Of a stretch of 64,000 nt of DNA, positions 13,538-24,792 are shown in pieces; position 1 is the stretch's first letter, and the number at the start of each line of letters is the position of its first letter. Source of the stretch: Takakia lepidozioides. Lineage: Eukaryota; Plantae; Bryophyta. Under the pieces are notes generated by a model. The model saw nothing but the letters and a program-made list of their open reading frames with translations. It did not search any database and was not told where the DNA came from. The stretch spans positions 13,330,001-13,394,000 of the forward strand of contig CM060733.1 of NCBI GenBank assembly GCA_030704615.1, given 5' to 3'. The translations under genes and the position numbers were made by a program.

Positions 13538-13645
13538 TTAGCAAGTCGTGTTTCAATCTCTACCTGCTCGAGTGCACCGTGGTCGCTCTCAGAGACCTAT
13601 CCGACATTACCTGACTATAGACACAAACAGCACACACAAGAGGTT
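13538..13645 (+). repeat. ~110-bp dispersed repeat, copy 1 (copy 2 at 18604-18713); possible LTR remnant
   Basis: ttagcaagtcgtgtttcaatctct...tccgacattacctgacta...cagcacacacaagaggtt occurs at both loci with scattered mismatches. Confidence 0.8.
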
Positions 13646-16100
13646 ATATTGCGTTCATGGTCAGTCGAATCCTCCATGGGTCAAGACACAAGGTTGAGGA
13701 CAATGTGGTGAGGGCACCTTACTCTTCAACCTATTTCAGCCTATTTTGCCCTCTTGTAGTGTGAATGCACGGGAGTGACATTGAAATTTTTGTTGTTACT
13801 CAGTGAGATTCTGCATTTTTACAAAGAAAAGGCCCTGGTTACCAGTGTGAAAATAGGTTGAACTGTCCCTGCGATTTATCCATCCATGTTTCTAGGTTGC
13901 ATCATAGGAACAATGGGAAACTCTTGGCCAGGATGAAAACTTTTAAGTGTCTTGCAAATTTATTTCATCCATGCTATGGACGGAATTCATCCCTGCCTAC
14001 AGGTTATTTCACGGGCACACTGCGATCATACTTAGCCAAGATGAAAGTGGCTAAGTCGTGACCGGGCGTATTTTCATCCGGAGGATGAACGGATTACATC
14101 CATGCTTACTGGGTGACTCACGAGAACGAGGATGAAGGACCGTGGTCAGGATGAGAATCATTAAGTCATTACCTGTATGATCATTTCATCCAAAATGAAC
14201 AAAGTTCATCCATGCAGGGAATGCAATGTCGGAGATGCCCTGCAGATGCTGCGAGCAGGAGAATGAGCAAGGATGCGCGTGGATGGTGCGTTCCACTTGT
14301 CTTAGAATCACCTTGATCATGTCTCGATCAGCAATAGTAAGGAGTGAAGGGTGGCAGCATTGTAACCAGTGCGGCTACCAGAGTGGTAGAGGCGGTGTCG
14401 TCGCTGCTATGGTGAATGGGTAGCTTAGGGCTTGCTGGAGGATAATCGTGCAGGGAACTGCTTGGCAATTTGTGCTCAAGCCAGGCAAAGGAAGGCGGTG
14501 CAGTGATTGTTGCAAAGATTTGAAGAGAGGGAGTGTTGCAGGACGATTCATTAAGGGCAAGGGGAGCTTGATGCCAGGTGCTACTGACAAAAGTGATGGA
14601 GGGTTAGAGGTGTTGTCGCCTTTGGCTTGATCTCTGAAGGTATGGGAGTTGCGGGGGAAGCAGCTCGGCGTCATGGCACAGCTACCAACGGAGGAGCCGC
14701 AGTGCGCCATTGCTTTCATAACCACGATCAAGGGAGGATATCTGCCAGAGATGTAGGGTTGGCAACTGAAGATACTATGCCACCATTGCATTCATGGGGA
14801 TGCGGGCACTTGCTTGGCGGATGGTGACGCGGGACATCTGTAAATAGGGAGTTAGGGGATGTGAATGTCCAAAGAAAGAGGTACTTAGATGCTGAAGCTT
14901 TCATGTCATAGATAATGTCTTATCTTAGGGTAGATTCGCACAGATGGTGGGATAGAGGAGCTAATCACCAAACGGCAGTGATGCTGCCAGTAGATAGGGC
15001 AGTGCCGTTGGCATTTAATGGACTTTGAATATCTGGAGGATGGAGTGCTGAGGCGGTGCAGGGCTCTTACGTGCGTGATCTTCTTAGAACGTCGGCAATT
15101 CAGACGACAAAGGGGAGTAGGGTAGCTGCTGATAGGGATGGTGAGGTGCCATTTCGGGCAGGCAAACCCACCGCTTCACCTGGAGTATAAGACAGCTAAG
15201 TTCGTGGATGCCTGTGATCTTCTTTCACTTAGGAATAGTTGCTTCTTTCACTTAGGAATAGTTGTTGTTGCTTGGACTTTGGAGCTCTCAAGCAAGACTG
15301 ATGTAGGAGATAAGATTTTGGAGAAGTGGCATGGAGGTGGCCTGACTTCAAAGCAGGGAGATTTGTAGAGAGGATGTGAGAGGATGCATATGTCTGTGGG
15401 AATATTGATTAGAGGGCAGATGCAGCCCCACCATAGTCAATGAGTGTATGATGTTTCTTTTGCTTCAGATCATCTGTTTCCAGTAGCATGAATCTGGACT
15501 CAATGTTGCATTGAAGTTTGATGTCAAATGTACATGCAATTTTGAGCACAGTAGAGCACAAACCAGTAGGGTTAGTTGCTTTTTTAACAATAGAAAGATG
15601 AGGGTGATGGTGTTTCATTGGAGAACTAGGGTATCCTGAATTTATGTGGCATGCATACATCAGAGGGATGAAGTGGCAAATTATTTTAAGCTGTTTAGTG
15701 TAGCTGCCTTACTGAAGCTGAAACCTGGTGTTTGATCCCAGAATGAGGGGATTTAGTTTGGGAACTCTGTTGGTTCAAAGCTGAATGCAAAAGGTAAGGA
15801 TGGGTTAGAATGTAGATGTAGATAATCGGCTCTTTATCACTGACTGACAAACCTGAATTGTCTCTGAAAGCACTCAGAATAGAGGGCCTTGTTTGGGAAG
15901 AGAAAATGACCAAACAGGGAATGTGGGGCATCCTTGAGATATCAACTCACAAATTTTGTATCTGGTCTTGCTGGATGTGTTGCCTTGGTGTAATTGCACA
16001 ACATGTAGGAAGGGTGCAGTGTTCTACATGATACCCAAGGAATATTTTGTCATGTAAGGGTGAGAAAAGAAATCTGGAAAAGGGGAGAGCTGCACAGAAA

Positions 16101-16398
16101 AAGGAAGAACGAAGGGATAACCAGTTGTAAGCTGAGAGAAAAAAATGGAGAAGCTTCCCAGTCCCATCCATGTTTTCTCTTCCGCTGCGGCATGGATGAG
16201 GGCATCAAGTCTTTGGTCATGAACAGTAAAAGGTCAATGATTGTAAGCTGAGAGAAAGGAAGAACGAAGGGATAACCAGTTGTAAGCTGAGAGAAAAAAA
16301 TGGAGAAGCTTCCCAGTCCCATCCATGTTTTCTCTTCCGCTGCGGCATGGATGAGGGCATCTAGTCTCTGGTCATGAACAGTAAAAGGTCAATGATTG
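16101..16398. repeat. Near-perfect direct duplication, period 155 bp
   Basis: aaggaagaacgaagggataacc...aaggtcaatgattg starts at 16101 and 16256. Confidence 0.9.
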
Positions 16399-16548
16399 AG
16401 GATAGTGATTTAGGGTAGCAAACTTGTCTTCACTAGGGTGTAGTGGGCTGGGGCAGCAAGCTTCTTTGCACTACGAACCAGATTTAGATTTTATAGAAGG
16501 GATTCATGCCCTTCTTTTTCACACTACACTCTCATCAGACTCGGCCAC

Positions 16549-18350
16549 TTGGAAGCGAGGAAAAATCTGGAGATCCATCACAACTTGCAGGAGAAAAAAC
16601 TCAAGTTGCAGGCAGGAATTAATTGGTCCACAAAGGGAGAAAAAATGACCAAATACTTTTTCGAAAAAACCAGGCTGCGAAAATCTTCCCAAAATATCAC
16701 AGAGCTTGTAGACCCGGCCTCCGGGAATCTAGTTTCAATGCCCAAAGAGCTTGCATCTTTGGCTTCCAGCCACTTCAAAGCCTTGTACCAAACTGACCTT
16801 ACCAGCCTGGAACCTTCCCGGCTGCAAAACACCTGCCTGGCCAGTACCCCATCCATTCTGACCCCGCTCTCTGCAGTAGTGCTAGAAGGGGATTTCACGG
16901 ACATAGAATTGGGAGATGCGCTCAAAAAGCTCCAAAATAACAAGGCACCTGGAATTGATGGCAACGGTTGAATTTTACAAGGCTCTATGGCCAAAGCTGT
17001 CCGAGGACTTCACTCTAATGGCCAACTTTATTTTCAACCGCAAGGAGATGCCACCAGCTATGTCCCAAGGTGTCATAACCTTGTTGTACAAAAAAGGGGA
17101 TAGAACCAATCTTTCTAACTACAGGCCCATCACCTTGTTGAATGTCGCTTACAAAATCATCGCTAAAGCCTTGGCCCTCCGCCTCCAACATCTTCTGCCC
17201 ACTCTTATTAGACCCAATTAAACGGGATTCATCAAGGGCCGTTATATCATGGATAACCTTCTTTTGGCTCAAGAGATTCCAAGCTACGCAATAAAAACAA
17301 CCAAGCCATAGCCCTTCTTCTACTACTAGACTTTGAAAAGGCATTTGACAAGGTAGAGTGGTCATTTTTGCTTGCTGCAATGGCAAAAATTGGGTTTCCA
17401 CAATCCTTCACTCAATGGGTCAAGATTTTGCTTTCAACATCCACCAGTAGAGTCACGGTTAATGGGGCACTGTCCAATCCCTTTCTCCTTCAGAGGTCAG
17501 TTCGGCAAGGTTGTCCACTGTCCCCACTTCTATTCCTCATAGTAGCGGACACCCTGGGGTATGCCCTCGAACATAACGCCCAATTGGCCAGGCTCAGAGT
17601 CAACAACTACATCACACAAACAACCAGCACATGTCAAGGATTCGATGTATGTAGATGACACTTTTCTGATCCTGCAAGCCTGCTCTCAGAACCTGGATAG
17701 AGCCGCGGAAACATTACATATGTTTTGCTCGGCCTTGGGATTCAAGGTAAATAATTGGGGGAAAGACTTGTGCCTTGCTTGTTGGAGATCAATTCAGCTC
17801 AGACATTGGGGTAGATCCAACCTGGGGACAACACTTAGGGCTCACTTGGCTGAAACCAGGACAAACTACAAAGCTTCTTGGCTACACATTTGGCATAGAT
17901 CTCACGGACCAGCAAATGTTTGAACCTATCATCTTGAAACTCAGGCACAAATGGCATATTGGGGATCCAAACATCTTACTATCACAGGTCGAGCTCTCAC
18001 AACTAACCAAATATTAGAAGCAGGAATCTGGTTTTATGCCAGTTCTTGGAGACCCAACAAAGCTCACATCCAGCAGATCAACTGAGAATGCTCAGAAACT
18101 ACGTATGGGGGGCAGAAACCTCTTCTCAACAAAAAAAGACCTGAGGTTGCTTGGAGCCAAATCTGCCTCCCCAAAAAATTGGGAGGGCTCGGTGTTCTAG
18201 ACCTCGAGACACATCAACGCGCTCTATTGGGCAAGTGGATTCCCCGTTTCATGGGACCCGAGGGAGGGTGGTGGAAATTTTTGGTGGCGGATAGCATACT
18301 TCTTGCCTCTCCACTTAAAAACATCTCCTGAGCCCCCTCTTTCCGCTGGA
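16549..18350 (+). mobile_element. L1/Tx1-type LINE, degenerate ORF2 reverse-transcriptase region
   Basis: WSTKGEKMTKYFF, KAPGIDG, NYRPITLLNVAYKIIAKALA, DFEKAFDKVEW, VRQGCPLSPLLF, YVDDT and CLPKKLGGLG, spread over frames with stops. Confidence 0.92.
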
Positions 18351-18409
18351 TAGTTCATGGTTTTAAACACAAAAAGCCTGGATCTGTGCTATGGAACACT
18401 ATTTGGCAG

Positions 18410-18464
18410 CTGGCATGAGTTTTTGAAAGATCCTTCACGATGGTGGGACAACCGCAATCGGAAG
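18410..18464 (+). pseudogene. Isolated exon resembling the N-terminal half of a PDF motif of organellar ssDNA-binding (OSB) proteins
   Basis: ggcag|c-WHEFLKDPSRWWDNRNRK|gtacc; matches the W..F..P..WWDNR..K pattern and has AG/GT borders. Confidence 0.55.
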
Positions 18465-20289
18465 GTACCGGTGTGGCTTTTTCTTAATGTACGTTGTGAA
18501 GAAGTTTGTCCATCCTGCAAATGTGGGCTCTCGGCTCCTGTTAGGACCATGATTTGGTATTCTTCTTGATGTTTACGAGGTCCTTGGGAGAGTCAGCTTT
18601 GTCTTAGCAGGTCGTGTTTCAATCTCTGCCCGCTCAGTTATGCACCGTGGTGGTTCTCACGGACCAATCCGACATTACCTGACTACGGACACAAGCAGCA
18701 CACACAAGAGGTTCGTAACCAAAACCAAGGAGCATAGGGTCAGGGTCAAGGTCATGACTAAGGCATGGTGGATAGGCTTGCGCAGCTAGAGCAACGTCTT
18801 GCTGCCATGGCCACTACTCATGTTGCGCCAGATCCATGGCTTGAGTTTCAAGCCCCACCTGCACAACCTCATATGCCTATGGAAGACCAGATTGGTATGG
18901 GCTTTATGTGTAGAGCCACACTTGCAATGCCACTACATTTGGACTCTGCTACTGCTATCACTCGAGCAGCAACTTGTGCTCCTGAGCCAAGAGGAACGGA
19001 TGTGGATTTTGATCCACAAAGGGGGGAAGCAAGTCGGCAGACAAGGCTTCCACATTCTCTCACATTAGCTGAGACAGTGCCAACCACGCCATCGATGGTA
19101 CACGCTCGCCCAAAAGTGTCAGAGGTAGAGCCACGAGTGCCATTGGAGAAAGTTGATGTTGTGCGAGAGATGCCAGTGGGTGGTGCTACAAAGCAAGGTG
19201 CAGCCAATACATTGTTGGGGGCCGCTACGGCGGTTTGCCAAGCTCCATTGTTTTCTGCAATGACCATTGCAATGCCGGGGATTCGGCCAGCTGCTGTGTT
19301 CAAACTAACAGCTAGACTCTGTGAGAGTGGTGATGCATCGACACTATCTGTGGGGATAGAAGATAAAGTACAGTCTATGGATGCCCTGGATTCGAGGGTG
19401 AAGTCAGCCATAGCTGCGCCATGGCAAGCGGCAGCTGCACGGTTGTAGAAGTTGCCAGCTAGGTCAGCCATTGAGCGCAGCATGGTGACTCTTGGAGTAG
19501 TCCTGGTGGACAATCAGGATGGAGTGTTTCAATTGAGTGGCCCAGCCGGGAGGAGGTATAGGCCACTGCGAGTCTTGTGGGATTTGGGAGCACAGCCATT
19601 GATGTTGGGGAGAGCAGAAGTTGCAAGGTTGAGCCTTATAGAGGTGGATTTGGAGCCTTGCCCTTTCCAAATTCAGACATCTTTGGGTGGTTCAGAGAAG
19701 GCGCAAGGGATCATACGCCATGAGCTCTTCATTCGACTACAGCCAGATCATCCTACGGATGGCTCAGTCATGAGAGCCAAAACCATTGTTATGGACGCGA
19801 TGTCATACGATGTGCTTGTTCGTGGGGCAGTGTTGTACCCCATGGGATTTACTTTGGACTTTTAGGAGGAAACGACATCTTACAGGCCGGAGTGGCAGTC
19901 AGGGGATGGTCGACGTGCATTGCTCCCAGTGCAATTTATTGGGAATATAGCGGTGGATTATAGGACCATGATGCCCACATTGGCTGCATTCTCAGGGGTG
20001 GTGGCTTGGGTTGGTGAGCTCTTGGAGGGCAATAGTCATGCAGATGATAGGCCACCACCTGATGAGGACAAGCAATTGGCATACAAGGCTGAGTTGTTTC
20101 CTCATGTGCATGTGCATAGCTCACTATGGGGTACAATTGGGAATGTGCATCGAGTAGCAGACGAGTGTGTGCAACAAGCATGGCAGGAGGTCTTTCCATT
20201 GGTGGGTGAGGGGAATTCAGTGACATCACCTGGACCTCCTCAGTTAGCTCCATTGGACATAGTGCCCATTACCTGACAACCACCTGACT

Positions 20290-21170
20290 CAGGGATTTGT
20301 TTACTAGACCTGTTTGGAGGCATGAGCACTAGGCTTGTAGGAGTGTTGCAAGTTGGGATTAAAGTACAAAAGTACTTGTATGTGGAGAAGGATGAGATAG
20401 CTCGGCGTATTTCTATGCGCCGCCATGTTGCCTTGCTCACACACCGGTATCCTGAGTTGCTGCCTCTCTCAGCAATTCAAGGGTACCAAAAGGCCTTGCC
20501 AGCAGACATTATCATGCTGGGGGGATGATTTAAGCCGGCATGGTGCCATTAACTTGGTGATAGCCGGATGGCCTTGCCAATGACACTCTCCCCCAGGTCA
20601 TGGGAATGGCTTGAATGATGCAAGATTGCATTTGTTTTGGGAGATGTTGCAAGTGTTGCGTGACTTGCAGGCGAGGCAAGTACAACCTCCAGCCTAGCTA
20701 CATTTTGGAGAATGTTCTTTTTATGGGGGATTCTCGGGCCAGGGTTATGGCCTGTGTGCACCAGGTGTAATCTTTGATTGGATCGGCGGTGTTATTGGAT
20801 GCAACTGCAGTGGGGTCATGGGCACATAGGCCTAGGTTGTGGTGGACCAATCTTGCACCACCAGAAAGGGTGCTACATGATGACCGTCCACCTTTGGCGA
20901 TGATCAATGGAGTGGGGAAGCCACGTGCGGCCTTGCCTACACTCATGAGTTTTCCCTCGTCTCATGTTTTTCAAGACAATGGTCCAGGGTTGATTTGGGA
21001 CAGTGTGTTACAGCAGTTAGTGGAGCCCAATGCAGATGAGCGAGAGCGAGCAATGGGGTTTGCCACGGGCACTACAGCTGTGCCAGCTTTGTCAGAGGCA
21101 TCACGCCGATAAGTGTTGGATCAAGAAATGGATCTAAATTGCTTGACATGGGTCATTAGTTTGTGCATGG
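20290..21170 (+). pseudogene. C5-cytosine DNA methyltransferase domain inside the retroelement pol region
   Basis: Motif I LLDLFGG (20307-20321), II YVEKD, IV LVIAGWPCQ (20566-20580), VI YILENV (20708-20716), VIII SWAHRPRLWWTNL, IX ERERAMGF. Canonical order, interrupted by stops and frameshifts. Confidence 0.88.
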
Positions 21171-21940
21171 CTGAGCAACGGAGATTGCAAGCATTGATGG
21201 CTATTTCTGCACTTCCATTGGATATTGCATCCTCCCTGCCAACCGGGACGGTTGAGGCAGTGAGTGGGGGTGAGCACAGGATCATGGGGTGCAAATACCT
21301 ATGACAGATGTGGGATGAGATGCGGAAAGAGAGAGTCATTGGATCTCTCAAAGAGCAATATGAGGAGTGGGGAGAGCCATACATGGAGGATCAGTTGGAG
21401 GCCAAGGTGGCCAAGGCTCTTAAAGAGGTTGATGATGTTTCTTTTGCGGAGAATGTTTTCCTTATGTTGGTTGTGGCGGAGCAAGTGGAGGCTACGCCAC
21501 AGTCAGGGTGGGCGGATAAGGCCCAAGAGGTTGCTATCTAGCAACCAAAGGATGCGTCTCTTGCTTCCAAGCCTAGTGTACCCAAGGTTGCAGTCACTGA
21601 GGACAATTGGGAACCAGATGTTGGACTTATAGTCATCGGAGGAGAGAGACGGATGATACAACAATTTCTAAGGGCTTATAGAAATTGCTTTGCCGTCAGT
21701 TTGAAGGATTTAGGGAGTTTGAAGGGCCAGGAGATTTGTATTGATTTGGCAAGTGACACGCCAATTTTTCGAAGGCCCTACCTGTATAGTGACATGGAAA
21801 GGTCTTTGATCAAGTCACGGACTATGGAGTTGTTCGAAGCTGGATTGGTGGAGTTTTTCAGGTGGGGAGTATGCTTCGGCAACAGTGATGCCAGCTAAGA
21901 AAGTCTATGGCAATTGGACAGAAAGAAGGATGTATGGGGC

Positions 21941-22479
21941 TTACCGCCCTGTGAATCGTCAAACTAAGTCCGATAGATATGCCATGCCAACTCCGAAGGA
22001 GATTTTTTATGCCATTGGGCATGCGAAGGTGTTTAGCACATTGGACTTGCAATCCGGTTACTACCAGTTGCCAATCAAAGAGGCTGACAACCAAAAGACG
22101 ACATTTTAAGGGGTCGGGATGGCATGGTATGGAAGGACGATGTGCGCGATTGTGCGCCATGTCACCTTCCACATGTGGATGAGAAGATATATCCTAACTT
22201 TACAGTGGGGATTACCGCCCTGTGAATCGTCAAACTAAGTCCGATAGATATGCCATGCCAACTCCGAAGGAGATTTTTTATGCCATTGGGCATGCAAAGG
22301 TGTTTAGCACATTGGACTTGCAATCCGGTTACCACAAGTTGCCAATCAAAGAGGCTGACAACCAAAAGACGACATTCTAAGGGGTCGGGATGGCATGGTA
22401 TGGAAGGATGATGTGCGCAATTGTGCGCCATGTCACCTTCCACATGTGGATGAGAAGATATATCCTAACTTTACAGTGG
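21941..22479 (+). repeat. 271-bp tandem duplication spanning the RT/3'-pol deletion junction
   Basis: ttaccgccctgtgaatcgtc...cctaactttacagtgg starts at 21941 and 22212. Confidence 0.92.
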
Positions 22480-22494
22480 TACCTGCATGGTTGC

Positions 22495-22646
22495 GTTGCA
22501 TGCTATGTGGGCATGCTGGTGGTGCCGCAACCATGTTAGTGTGTGACAAATGCTCAAGGGGGTGGCGCATGGAATGCTTGACACCGCCACTTGAGGAGGT
22601 TCCTAGTGAAGAATGGTTGTGTCCACGATGCCTTGGACAAAGGTAA
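22495..22646 (+). pseudogene. PHD finger at the C-terminus of the retroelement polyprotein
   Basis: CMLC...MLVCDKCSRGW(R)MECLTPPLEEVPSEEWLCPRC; C4HC3 spacing with the His replaced by Arg (CGC, one change from CAC). Confidence 0.85.
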
Positions 22647-23092
22647 TGGGCATAACAATGATGAGGTTGATTAGTGATCCAAGGTCTAGCTAGCGGGAGT
22701 TCAATGCCATGGATACCCAATTGAAGCCATGGATTGCAGGAAAGTGACTAACGATGGGGCTATTTTTTGCACCCGGCCTCTTGATCTATTGACTTCGGAT
22801 ACTAGGACTTGTGCGATTGAAGACCAAGCAATGATCTTATTGGGGTGGATACTTGTCAACTATCCGGTGTTAGATGGACCTAATCACCAGCTAGGGGGGC
22901 GATTGTGGCATAACTTTCTAGGATTGTGTGCTTAGAATGTGTGGTGGACAACGATGTATGTTGTGGTACGATGCTTAGGTGCACGACACAACCCTTATCT
23001 CTCAAAAACATCCTCCATCTAGTCTGGAAACGCTAAAGAGAGAGAGAGAGAGAGAGCTCGGCTTGTCCAAACCAAAAAGGACATTGACAATA

Positions 23093-23748
23093 CGGGGGTT
23101 GATAGAATGAGAGCACATCGGTGAGCACAAATGGCATGAGCACAAACCCATGGTCATGGGGGTTTTATGTTTTTAAGTCGCGGTCATAGGAGCTATATGT
23201 TTTCAAAACGGAACAAAACCCCAAAACCCTAATGCGAAATAGACACCCATAATGTATATCTCCAAGCTCCAAGTTCCGTATATCTACAGCTTTGGTATTT
23301 TACAAAAGAATAACACGTTAGAGAAAAACAAAGTCACAATAACCAACACCATCCAAAACACACAAATACCAAACAATAGTTGAACAATTTAATACAATGA
23401 GGCAAACAACGGGTTTCGTTAACGAAATAAATCAAGGTATCGGGTTTTGCCAGCGAAATACCGGATTTCACAGGCGAAATCTCCAGGTATTGTTGCGTAG
23501 GTCATTATCCTATGGTTTTGTGGGCAAAACAATATGTATTGTGTTTGGTGATAGGGTGACTAACCCATCTACGTGTGGCTTGTGCTCATGTGAGCACAAG
23601 TATGTTCACGTGCGCACAATTTGGTCCCCGTGAGCACAAATTTCCAATTTTAGTTTGGCCGTAACATCTTTTCGAGAATATACATGAATTTTCGGGCATT
23701 TTGTCTTTTGCTCAAGTGAGCACAGCAGTGTGAGCACTACCCAACCTC
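23093..23748. mobile_element. Non-autonomous DNA transposon (MITE-like)
   Basis: Flanked by direct repeat gacaata (23086-23092 and 23749-23755); imperfect terminal inverted repeats; subterminal gagcac(a) clusters at both ends; AT-rich non-coding interior. Confidence 0.65.
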
Positions 23749-24792
23749 GACAATATAGCCTTTCTAAGTAAGGCACCATCACAGGTCTGCAAGTAGCAGA
23801 GACCATAGTAAGAACTTCAAAATATCTTACATAATTCCTCCAGATTTCTCAATGTCTTTTCAACACAAAACACAGTGTGACACAAAGACATACCAAGTCA
23901 TCCTCAGGACATAAAAAAAAGAAGAGGTCAGGTGGGGTGGTGGGGACCTGGAGAAACAATTCCCCTTTTATCAAATCTACCCTTTCATGTAAGATCCCTC
24001 GGCCGAAGGGATCTTACGCCATAAGGTCCCGTTGGAACTTACACCCTGTCATCTTTTCTTTTCTACATTCATCTTTTTTATTTTAGTTCTAGGGATCTGA
24101 GCCATCCACCACAGGAAAGAACGAAAGAACCCTCTTGTCTTTACGTTGGAAAGTCGGCCCCTCGGGGGCCCACAGGGCCGGGTTTGACTGCCTCGGGTTA
24201 CGCCCTCAGAATACTCTCCTCACACTGCGGGAGGGGGGACTTACCCTACACTTCATTCGATTCGTCTGCAGCGAGATGAGTAGCTGCTTCCGGTATTTCT
24301 CTGTTTTGTTTATCTTGGGGTGTTTCTATTCTGACTGCCTCCCCTCCATTTAACAGTCTACAGTCCACCTACTTCATCAATCCTAGCTTGTATTTGAATA
24401 CATGTGCAATGTAGTGCAAGCCAACAAATGGTCACCCATGCGTTTTCTCATATGATAAGGTTATCATGAAGTGACCCCATGACGGTTGCTTCCAGGAGAC
24501 GAACAAACAGTTCAGTGCAAATTCATGTCTCTGATGTAGCCCAGTATATATGTGCGTCCTTACACTGGCATCAAAAGCTGATGAATGGCTTTGCACATGC
24601 AACTCGATTGATTCTAATTGTTCCTGGCAGATCAAATGCTTGTTTCTTCCACTAATTCCTCAAGTTGAATGTTTTGGCAGCCACACATGAGAGGCATGAG
24701 GAGCTTTATGGGGGTTTAGATGCCTACTGCAGGCAAGACAACTTCCAGGCCCTTATTGACTGGAAGATAGTTGAGGTGGTATACACCACCCG

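Larger units (their letters stand above)
18604..22990 (+). mobile_element. Degraded Ty3/Gypsy-type retrotransposon carrying a C5-cytosine DNA methyltransferase and a PHD finger
   Basis: In order on +: protease-like RVLWDLGAQPLMLG (~19570), DNMT motifs (20307-21150), Gypsy RT N-terminus (PIFRRPY..., DRYAMPTPKEIF...FSTLDLQSGYYQLPI...KTTF), PHD finger, then a purine tract aggggggcga at ~22893 followed by TG. Confidence 0.85.

Noticed and set aside
13753-13761. Right terminus of the CACTA element (cttgtagtg)
   Set aside because: Matches only CACTAC of the left end, and the flanking 3-mers (cca versus tga) do not form a TSD
14226-15368. Possible decayed retroelement ORF1/gag
   Set aside because: Composition looks coding-derived, but no diagnostic motif was found in any frame
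20290-21170. Host DNMT3/DRM gene
   Set aside because: Intronless, non-permuted motif order, and embedded in line between retroelement protease and RT sequences
23214-23233. Interstitial telomere repeat (aaaccccaaaaccctaa)
   Set aside because: Only one to two imperfect units; at most a telo-box
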